In this document: piece by piece, positions 1 to 7,124 of the stretch
Position numbering within the stretch: position 1 is the first letter of the stretch
How the letters are laid out: every line of letters starts with the position of its first letter
Source of the DNA: a bacterium
Lineage (GTDB): Bacteria; CG03
Direction: 5' to 3'
NCBI GenBank assembly: GCA_043825615.1
Contig: JBDRRS010000013.1
Location: 68,325-132,324, forward strand
Length of the DNA: 64,000 bases
Position numbers and translations under genes: made by a program
The notes under the pieces: model-generated
What the model was told of the DNA's origin: nothing
The model's input: only the letters and a program-made list of their open reading frames with translations
The model's database searches: none

Positions 1-280
1 CCATTAATTCTTCAGGAGTACAAATTTCAATATTTTTATATTTTAACTTTTGATTTACCTGACGCAATTTTATTCTTACGTGTGCGTTCGTATTACATCC
101 TTTGCCAACTTAGCAGTTAAATAGCTTACCATTGTAGTTTCAATGTATACCTTTTCTTTCATAATTGTAAATATTATACTATTTCCCTAACTTAATTCAA
201 AGCAACACAAGCAGATGTCTTGGTGACGTTACGAGGGAGAGTGTTAAGTTTGTAAAATGTAAAAGTGTAAAAGGGGGCGC

Positions 281-410
281 CTGCTCTTTCTCCATAAGAT
301 ATATCCGGCACTCCTGAAATTGTGGCACGTGCCACAATTTGCCTTTTTTCCGACAAGGCCGTTTTAAGGTGTCCCCTTTTTCGGCTGTTATTCCGGGCAA
401 GATAGCACTC
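281..410. promoter_or_regulatory. conserved ~130-nt non-coding element, copy A (20-nt palindrome ATTGTGGCACGTGCCACAAT at 319..338)
   Basis: ~85% identical to 38582..38710. The palindrome arms differ at 4+4 positions but stay perfectly symmetric around CACGTG. The overlapping 85-aa ORF (197..454) is judged non-coding. Confidence 0.5.
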
Positions 411-571
411 ACTTCGTTCGTCCTTATTTTTCTCAAATATTCAAGACGTCCCATTTTTCCCAGAATTGTCCCCGCTTTTTACAACTCCTCCTTTATTAAC
501 AGCTAACATAAAAAATCAACTGCCCGAACCCGCAGGGTGAGGAACATCTGGATTGCTTTGTTGAAAAGCCG

Positions 572-1444
572 TTATTCTTCCATGTATTTTTTAAAATATT
601 TTAGATCTACTTCAAAAACAGTTTTTGGTTTTAAACCAAGTTCAACTTTTTCAAACATTTTAATTAGTTTTTCTCCGTCAACTAGCTCAATTTGGGGCGC
701 CCCTTCCCGATTTGCTTCTTTTATTGCCTCATTTGTGAATGAACCAGTTGTTAAAATAATACCTTTTTCTGCTCTGCCTATCATTGCATTACGGAAATCC
801 CCAACTTGTGACCTAGAAACAGAGCCTTTATATTTCTTGCATTGAAATAAAACTTTAAAACTAACAAAAGGATTAATCTCTAAAGTTCCATAACCATCAA
901 TACCGCCATCGTGAGATGAGCCTGTTACAACAACATTGTCAAAGCCATGTTCCCTCAGCAGTTCTTTACATATTCTTTCAAAATCAGAAGAAGATAGATT
1001 TTGTAGTACATAAAGTAAATTGGTTGGTATTTCCTTTTGAAATTCATCTGGCGACTTTTCTTCTTGCTCTTCTATAACTTCATCTATCTTTTTTTCTTTT
1101 CTTGCCTTTTGATGAATTCCTATCCATTTTAGAAATATTTCTCCTGCTTCCCTTACATCTATTTTTCTCTTTTTTCCTAATTCTGTTAATTTCCATGTAC
1201 CATGTTTTGAAGAATCTAATAAACCTTCCCAAACGAGATATTGTCTTGCCCATGCAACCTGATTATGGAATTTGTTTGCTCCTGATTTTAATGTATCATT
1301 TAAAATATCATCAGACAATTTTAAATTTTCTGCAATTTTTGTAGAAACTTCTCTTGGTTTTCCAGAATCACCTAAATCCCTTAATGCATCTAATAGCGGA
1401 CCAAACCATTTTACAAATTCTGCATTACTTTGCTTTTTTGTCAT
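572..1444 (-). CDS. mrr: Mrr-family type IV restriction endonuclease (Mrr_N winged helix + Mrr catalytic domain)
   Basis: 290-aa ORF. C-terminal block 'VVVTGSSHDGGIDGYG...QCKKY...ILTTGSFT' fits the Mrr catalytic core; the N-terminal region looks like Mrr_N. The gene is markedly AT-rich relative to its neighbours. Confidence 0.75.
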   Translation of the reverse strand: MTKKQSNAEFVKWFGPLLDALRDLGDSGKPREVSTKIAENLKLSDDILNDTLKSGANKFHNQVAWARQYLVWEGLLDSSKHGTWKLTELGKKRKIDVREAGEIFLKWIGIHQKARKEKKIDEVIEEQEEKSPDEFQKEIPTNLLYVLQNLSSSDFERICKELLREHGFDNVVVTGSSHDGGIDGYGTLEINPFVSFKVLFQCKKYKGSVSRSQVGDFRNAMIGRAEKGIILTTGSFTNEAIKEANREGAPQIELVDGEKLIKMFEKVELGLKPKTVFEVDLKYFKKYMEE

Positions 1445-1540
1445 TTGTTTTTCCTTTTATTTATTAATTCCAACGTCCTCACCTAACGCGCAAGTGCAAG
1501 GCAAGCGAAGCGCGGCCTTTCACTTGTCGCGTTCAGGTGA

Positions 1541-2440
1541 TTATTCTGCCTTCTCGATTCTCTCGATCAACTCGAACATTGCATCGATAGGGGTCACAAC
1601 CGAGTACCCGGAGTTGGATATTTCACTGTTGGTGTAATGATGGGTTTTGTTCTCCCATTGCTCAACGAAGGGGACGAATTGACTCACGATCCCAATGATC
1701 GTGTACTTCGTTGTGAGTCCTTCCTGTTCGACTTGACACACTGGACCTCCGCTGTTTCCGTAATAGGCCGGGCAATCAACGACGATAGTCTGCGTGGCCT
1801 CGTTCTTGCCGGCAACGATGCCGCGACGGAGGAGAGGCATGTCGTAGTCGATTTGAGGAATCTGCTTCAGCCCTATTGATCTGGGGTAGCCGAAGAGGTA
1901 AACCTCATTCGATATCCCAACGTCATCGTATCGAAGGGTATTTGGTTCCATGACGCACATCAGCGGAGACTCGCCCTCGACGTTCTTGAACATACGATTC
2001 TCGAAAACAATCTGTGCGGGCGAGTCCTTTAGAACATCCCCGAATCTGACTACTACCAAGTCGTGTTTGGGATGGAAAAGAATACGTCCGTCCTTTTCAA
2101 GTTCCCCCAGGAAGATACGGCGAACGATCTTCTTCGGGTTGGTTGCCACGTCGACATAGGACACGAGGTCAGCCTCTGACTGTTGGAGTGTCATGCTCTG
2201 TAAGTCATAGAGCACGTGCTTCGCCGTAACGAGGTACGCATTGGATTCGGTCTTGAAGTAGAGTGCGGAGGCAGACGATGTCTCCGAAAACTTGATCAAG
2301 ACAGGAAACGAGAGGTATTCAGGGATCACTGCTATACGCGCGATCGCCAGAGAACTGGCAGCAATCAGGAACAGTGCAACAAGAGATGCAGTTCGTCTCA
2401 TCGTGTTTTTTCTCTCGGGCAGAACAATGTTATTAACCAT
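1541..2440 (-). CDS. secreted trypsin-like (S1) serine protease
   Basis: 299-aa ORF with an N-terminal signal-like segment 'RRTASLVALFLIAASSLA'. Catalytic-triad context: 'TAKHVL' (His), and 'GNSGGPV' (Ser). GC content is higher than the flanks. The true start may be the second Met. Confidence 0.65.
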   Translation of the reverse strand: MVNNIVLPERKNTMRRTASLVALFLIAASSLAIARIAVIPEYLSFPVLIKFSETSSASALYFKTESNAYLVTAKHVLYDLQSMTLQQSEADLVSYVDVATNPKKIVRRIFLGELEKDGRILFHPKHDLVVVRFGDVLKDSPAQIVFENRMFKNVEGESPLMCVMEPNTLRYDDVGISNEVYLFGYPRSIGLKQIPQIDYDMPLLRRGIVAGKNEATQTIVVDCPAYYGNSGGPVCQVEQEGLTTKYTIIGIVSQFVPFVEQWENKTHHYTNSEISNSGYSVVTPIDAMFELIERIEKAE

Positions 2441-2656
2441 ATGTTATATTTTTATCATATTTTTGCACAGAAAACAATATATATCCGCTGAAACCTACAA
2501 GGAGAATTATGGTCGTTTGAACCACTCATTCTTCACTTATTTTGAATTTTGAACACGGGAAGATTATATTACAAATATTTTTTTCGAAAGGGGCGAGATA
2601 AGCAGGCATGGTTAAGTTTTATATTTTGGTTTTTTTTACTACAATTAAAAAATTCC

Positions 2657-2730
2657 GGGCAATTAGCTCAGCTGGTGAGAGCGCTGCCCTTACAAGGCAG
2701 AGGTCGCAGGTTCGACTCCTGCATTGCCCA
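2657..2730 (+). tRNA. tRNA-Val (anticodon TAC)
   Basis: 74-nt cloverleaf folded by hand. Acceptor GGGCAAT/ATTGCCC, D-stem GCTC/GAGC, anticodon stem CTGCC/GGCAG with loop CTTACAA (anticodon TAC), T-arm GCAGG-TTCGACT-CCTGC, discriminator A; CCA is not encoded. Confidence 0.85.
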
Positions 2731-2738
2731 AAAAAGAA

Positions 2739-3089
2739 ATGAGAATAAAGGCAGCGGACATTGTTCTTGTAACCGCGGTTGTTTTCTCCTCCGTCTTCCT
2801 GTGGGCGCGCCGGATGGCGGGGAATGCCGAATTTATCAGCGTGTCCGTCAACAACCGCCCGGTTATGAAAGTATCCGTCGAAAAAAGCGGCGCATATCCG
2901 ATTAAAACGCAGGAAGGCAATGTCTTTATGGAAGTAAAAGCGGGAAAATACCGTTTGAAAAAGCACAGCCGTTGCCCGAACGGATACTGCTGGAAAACGG
3001 GCTGGGTCAGGAACAAACCGATAATTTGCGTGCCCCTAAAACTATCCATAGAACCCGAAAACCGGATTACCGATGCAATAAGCGAATGA
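2739..3089 (+). CDS. hypothetical membrane-anchored protein
   Basis: ORF from the ATG at 2739. The ORF-track start at 2724 is a TTG that lies inside the tRNA. N-terminal TM segment 'IVLVTAVVFSSVFLW'. No recognisable catalytic motif. Confidence 0.4.
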   Translation: MRIKAADIVLVTAVVFSSVFLWARRMAGNAEFISVSVNNRPVMKVSVEKSGAYPIKTQEGNVFMEVKAGKYRLKKHSRCPNGYCWKTGWVRNKPIICVPLKLSIEPENRITDAISE

Positions 3090-3101
3090 ACTGGAGGAAC
3101 A

Positions 3102-3461
3102 GTGATTAACTTTATGTTGTACATTCTGCTGGGGTTGTCTGTGGGAACAGTGAGCGGATTAATGGGTATCGGCGGAGCAGTGCTTATTGTACCTGCGCTA
3201 ATTTATTTCTTCCGCCTAACGCAGCATCAGGCGCAGGGAACAACTCTCGCCCTGATGATTCCGCCGATAGGTCTTTTGGCCGCCCTCACTTATTACAAAC
3301 AGGGTTTTGTAAAAATCAACATAGCGCTGGGAGTATGCATCGGTTTTATTCTCGGAGGTTTGATAGGAGCAAAAATTGCCTGCGCGCTCCCCGGAGAAAT
3401 GCTTAGAAAAACGTTCGGGGTTGTCATGTTTTTAATATCGCTTCATATGATATTCAGGTAA
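3102..3461 (+). CDS. TSUP/TauE-SafE (DUF81) family membrane protein, half-size (single 4-TM repeat)
   Basis: 119-aa ORF. The opening 'LGLSVGTVSGLMGIGGAVLIVPALIYF' matches the start of TauE/SafE-family permeases. It is only half the usual ~250 aa. Confidence 0.55.
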   Translation: MINFMLYILLGLSVGTVSGLMGIGGAVLIVPALIYFFRLTQHQAQGTTLALMIPPIGLLAALTYYKQGFVKINIALGVCIGFILGGLIGAKIACALPGEMLRKTFGVVMFLISLHMIFR

Positions 3462-3466
3462 GCGCA

Positions 3467-3871
3467 ATGGTAACGGATAAAAAAATAAAAGACCTCGACG
3501 GCAGAATGAAAAAACTGAACATCCGGGAAGACGATATCGTTGAAAAATTTACGCGCGGCTCGGGAAAAGGCGGACAGAAAATAAACAAAACCTCATCCTG
3601 CGTTTATATCAAACACATCCCGACGGGAATTTCGGTTAAATGCAGCAGCGACAGGGCGCAGTCGGTAAACCGGTTCCTCGCGAGAAGAATCCTGACCGAT
3701 AAGATAGATTCGCTGCGGAATAAAGCGGTAAGCGACCTGCAGAAAAAAATCTACAAGATGCGGAAACAAAAGCGCAAAAGGTCAAAGAAGGCGAAAGAAA
3801 AAATTTTACGGTTAAAGAGAATCGTTTCCGAAAAGAAAGCCCTGCGGGTGAAACCAAAATTAGATGATTGA
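3467..3871 (+). CDS. arfB: alternative ribosome-rescue factor / peptidyl-tRNA hydrolase ArfB (class-I RF domain with GGQ)
   Basis: 134 aa. 'SGKGGQKINKTSS' GGQ motif, followed by a basic K/R-rich C-terminal tail as in ArfB/YaeJ. Confidence 0.75.
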   Translation: MVTDKKIKDLDGRMKKLNIREDDIVEKFTRGSGKGGQKINKTSSCVYIKHIPTGISVKCSSDRAQSVNRFLARRILTDKIDSLRNKAVSDLQKKIYKMRKQKRKRSKKAKEKILRLKRIVSEKKALRVKPKLDD

Positions 3872-4496
3872 GTTCTGGAAAGAAAAACTGCCTGAAAAAG
3901 TTTTCATCACCCCGATAGACGCCGTTCTTAAAGGCATAAAAAAAGAAATCCTGAACTGCCGTCAAATCGGTAATAACAACTGGTGGCCCGGGTTTACCGG
4001 CTCCTATAACAGTAAAAAAACGTGCATAATCAATTGCGGGCGGGGGGAATCCGCGGGGGACTGTGTGCTGTTTCTGAAAGACATGGGCTGCAGGGAAATT
4101 ATTTTTTTCGGTTTCGCCGGAAGCATAAACAAAGAATTCCGTCCGGGCGATGTCTGCGCTCTCGGCGGCTCGGCGGGCGGAATGAGTTTCGCCGATTTCC
4201 TGAAGGACGATATAAAAGACAGGGTCAGCAGAGAAAAAATCCGTAATTTCCCCGGCGGAGAAGGCGCTAAAAGCGCCGTTGTTTATACCGTGCCCTCAAT
4301 TTTCAGGGAAAACGAGATATACGGCTGTCTGGCGGAAAGAGGGTTCGACCTCGTTGACATGGAAACCGCAAACATCCTGCAGGCGGGAAGCGGCATGCGT
4401 CTGCGGTTTTTTTATTATGTTACCGATTATAAACTGAAATTTGACGGCAGAATAGATTTTGAAAAAATTAAAACATTATGCCTGAAGTCAGTGTAA
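3864..4496 (+). CDS. PNP/UDP-family nucleosidase-like protein (MTA/SAH nucleosidase or futalosine hydrolase-like)
   Basis: 210 aa with 'FFGFAGSI' and 'DMETANI' blocks typical of the PNP_UDP_1 nucleosidase fold. Overlaps the next gene by 19 nt. Confidence 0.55.
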   Translation: MIEFWKEKLPEKVFITPIDAVLKGIKKEILNCRQIGNNNWWPGFTGSYNSKKTCIINCGRGESAGDCVLFLKDMGCREIIFFGFAGSINKEFRPGDVCALGGSAGGMSFADFLKDDIKDRVSREKIRNFPGGEGAKSAVVYTVPSIFRENEIYGCLAERGFDLVDMETANILQAGSGMRLRFFYYVTDYKLKFDGRIDFEKIKTLCLKSV

Positions 4497-5278
4497 TAAT
4501 AACGACTTACAACAGGGCGCATCTTGCGGAAGAAGCGGTGAAAAGCGTTCTGGCGCAGAGTTTCAGGGATTACGAAATAATCCTTGTGGACGACGGCTCG
4601 ACGGATGAAACGGAAAATACGCTGAAAAAATACCCTTTAAAATATGTGCGCCGGAAGCGCTCCGGAATAAGCAGCGCGAGGAATAGGGGAATAGCGGAAA
4701 GCCGCGGAAAGTTTGTCTGTTTTCTTGACTCCGACGACCTGTGGCTCAAAGATAAACTGAAAATCCAGCGCGATTTTATGGAGAAGAACAGCGGCTCCCC
4801 TCTCTGTTATACGGACGAAATATGGAAACGGAACGGAAAAAACCTGAACCAGAAAAAAATCCACGAAAAATGCGGCGGGGATATTTTCCGGCAATGCCTT
4901 CTCCTTTGTATTATCTCTCCTTCCTCGGCAATGCTCCGGCGGGAAATTCTCGGGGATGAGGCGTTCGACGAAAAAATGCCCGTCTGCGAGGACTACGACC
5001 TGTGGCTCAGGATTTCAAGCGCTTATGAAATCGGCTACATTCCCGAAAAACTTATCATAAAAAGAGGCGGGCATTCCGACCAGCTTTCAAGAAAATACCC
5101 CGTCATGGACAGGTTCCGGATTTACTCAATAAGAAAACTGCTGAAAAACGGCCTGAAGCCGCATCTCAGGGAACCGGCGCGGCGGGAACTGGAAAGAAAA
5201 TGCAGAATCGTCTCTTCCGGCGCGCTGAAAAGAGGCAGAATACTTACGGCTCTCACGTACTGGGCGGCGCAATTATGA
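4478..5278 (+). CDS. family-2 glycosyltransferase
   Basis: 'VSVIITTYNRAHLAEEAVKSVLAQSF..YEIILVDDGSTDET' and 'DSDD' DxD region. Overlaps both neighbours. Confidence 0.75.
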   Translation: MPEVSVIITTYNRAHLAEEAVKSVLAQSFRDYEIILVDDGSTDETENTLKKYPLKYVRRKRSGISSARNRGIAESRGKFVCFLDSDDLWLKDKLKIQRDFMEKNSGSPLCYTDEIWKRNGKNLNQKKIHEKCGGDIFRQCLLLCIISPSSAMLRREILGDEAFDEKMPVCEDYDLWLRISSAYEIGYIPEKLIIKRGGHSDQLSRKYPVMDRFRIYSIRKLLKNGLKPHLREPARRELERKCRIVSSGALKRGRILTALTYWAAQL

Positions 5279-5790
5279 ATTTTCCTCCCGACCTGCAAAA
5301 AAATCTGGAGGCGGGAGAAATTTCCTACGGGTCCTGTCTGGTAATTAAGTCCCTTGTAAAAAACGACAGAGCCGCTCTCTGCGGATTTCTGAAAACACTG
5401 CGTCCGGGCGCCAACAGGATGAAGGAGATTGCGGAGAACCTTCTTGAAATCTCAAAAAGGGACGGCATTTCTGTTAAATCCGTCCTTGAGAGAAAAGAAA
5501 TAAGGAAAATCATTCTGTCCGAAGCGGGCAGAAAACAAAAGACGGAGCAAGTCCGGAAATTCATAAAACACCTGAGATACCCGCAGCTGACAGAAAAAGA
5601 ACGGCAGATAAACTCAAAAATTTTTTCGCTGAACCTTCCGAAGAATGTAAAACTGAAATATCCCGAAAATTTTGAAGGAGACCATCTCTGCCTTGAAATT
5701 AAATTCAGAAAATCAGCGGAACTGAAAACCCTGATAAACGAAATAGCCGGCAGGAAAAAGACGCTCGATGAACTTCTCGAACTTCTCTAA
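5275..5790 (+). CDS. hypothetical protein (operonic with GT2 and radical-SAM genes)
   Basis: ORF from the ATG at 5275, overlapping the GT2 stop (ATGA). The ORF-track start at 5200 lies inside GT2. No motif recognised. Confidence 0.4.
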   Translation: MNFPPDLQKNLEAGEISYGSCLVIKSLVKNDRAALCGFLKTLRPGANRMKEIAENLLEISKRDGISVKSVLERKEIRKIILSEAGRKQKTEQVRKFIKHLRYPQLTEKERQINSKIFSLNLPKNVKLKYPENFEGDHLCLEIKFRKSAELKTLINEIAGRKKTLDELLELL

Positions 5791-6841
5791 AATCTACCTG
5801 ACAGAAGATGCAATTTCCTATCCGCTCGCCGGAAAAATCATCGGAAAGTGTAAAAATGCTAAAATATCTTATGTGAAATCCCCGCGCGAACTCTATTTCA
5901 AACCGGCACTGAACCCTGAATTTATAGACGAAAGCAAACATTCGCTGTTCCTGACGGCGCGGCATGAAAATTTCCTCGAAAAATGTCCGGGAACGAAAGA
6001 AAACCTATGCTGCAATTACTTCGTCACAAAAAATGTTCTCGGATGCCCAGCGGACTGCTCCTACTGCTATCTTCAGGCGTATCTCAACAAAAAAGCAATC
6101 ACGATTTTCGTCAACACGCCGGACTTTTTTGCCGACTTTGAAGAAAAAGCGAACTCCGGTCATTTCAGAATCGGTACGGGGGAATTTTCGGACAGTTTGT
6201 TTTTAGACGGCCTCATCGACGTGAACAAAACACTGGTGGAAATCTGCTCAAAATCAAAATCGCTTTTAGAACTCAAGACAAAATCAAACAGCGTCGAGAA
6301 ACTTCTGGGCCTGAACCACCGCGGGAAAACCGTCATTGCCTGGTCGGTAAACCCGCGGAAAACAGCGGACTCCGAGGAAAAGGGCTCCTCAAATTTAGAG
6401 GAGAGAATCGCCGCCGCGAAAAAATGCGCCGACGACGGATACCACATAGCCCTCCATTTTGACCCGCTGATTTATTCGCCCGGCTGGGAAAAGGACTATG
6501 AGGAAACGATCGAAAAAATCTTCGCGGTAATTCCCGCGCGCAAAATTATCTGGGTGAGTATCGGAGCGTTCAGGTTCTACCCGCAGATGAAACCCGTAAT
6601 GCGGGCGAGGTTTCCCGCCTCAAAAATCCTGTGCGGGGAATTCACGGCATGCAGCGACGGAAAATTCCGCTATCTGAAGTTCATCCGTCTGAAAATGTTC
6701 GGGACGATAACCGCGCTCCTGCAGAAATTCGACAGAAATATGCGGATTTATTTCTGTATGGAAAGCGGCGAAATCTGGAGAAGAACTTTCTCGCACCTGC
6801 CTTCCGAAATAAAAAACCTTGACCTGATTTTTAAGAACTGA
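5768..6841 (+). CDS. radical SAM protein, spore-photoproduct-lyase (SplB)-like family
   Basis: 'GCPADCSYCYLQ' is the CxxxCxxC cluster in the context typical of the SPL family. 357 aa. Overlaps the upstream gene. Confidence 0.6.
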   Translation: MNFSNFSKIYLTEDAISYPLAGKIIGKCKNAKISYVKSPRELYFKPALNPEFIDESKHSLFLTARHENFLEKCPGTKENLCCNYFVTKNVLGCPADCSYCYLQAYLNKKAITIFVNTPDFFADFEEKANSGHFRIGTGEFSDSLFLDGLIDVNKTLVEICSKSKSLLELKTKSNSVEKLLGLNHRGKTVIAWSVNPRKTADSEEKGSSNLEERIAAAKKCADDGYHIALHFDPLIYSPGWEKDYEETIEKIFAVIPARKIIWVSIGAFRFYPQMKPVMRARFPASKILCGEFTACSDGKFRYLKFIRLKMFGTITALLQKFDRNMRIYFCMESGEIWRRTFSHLPSEIKNLDLIFKN

Positions 6842-6974
6842 CACACCAACTGCGCAGCAGGCGGCGTTGCCTGACAAGCCCGCTCATCCGCTGTGGCGAA
6901 CGAGTGCGGCGGCGGATGGTGCCCCGCCAGGGCGGACGGGACACTGCCGGAGCCGGACAGGGCGAGGAAATTAC

Positions 6975-7089
6975 AGCGAGCGGTTTTTGGCAAGCGGGGC
7001 TGTGTGAGCGAGGGATTTGCAGAATACCCGTAGCGAACCCAGAGCGAGCTGTTCTCACGTGAGCGTCCCCGCTGTCAAAACCGCGAGCA
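6975..7089. repeat. GC-rich ~115-nt intergenic repeat with imperfect terminal inverted repeats (copy 1 of 2; REP/MITE-like)
   Basis: 'agcgagcggtttttggcaagcgggg ... ccccgctgtcaaaaccgcgagca' is near-identical to 52005..52114. Lies between the 3' ends of convergent genes. Confidence 0.6.
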
Positions 7090-7124
7090 ATAAGGTAATA
7101 GTTCTTGAAGAGAACCGGGAAAAA

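Noticed and set aside
197-454. 85-aa ORF on the minus strand spanning the conserved element copy A
   Set aside because: The equivalent region at copy B has no conserved reading frame: after 'MEK(E/K)Q' the two translations diverge completely. The conservation is therefore at nucleotide level, so this is not a gene.
2549-2905. 118-aa ORF (and the TTG-started 2724 ORF) overlapping tRNA-Val
   Set aside because: It overlaps a confidently folded tRNA and consists of tRNA-derived low-complexity translation. The real downstream gene most plausibly starts at the ATG at 2739.
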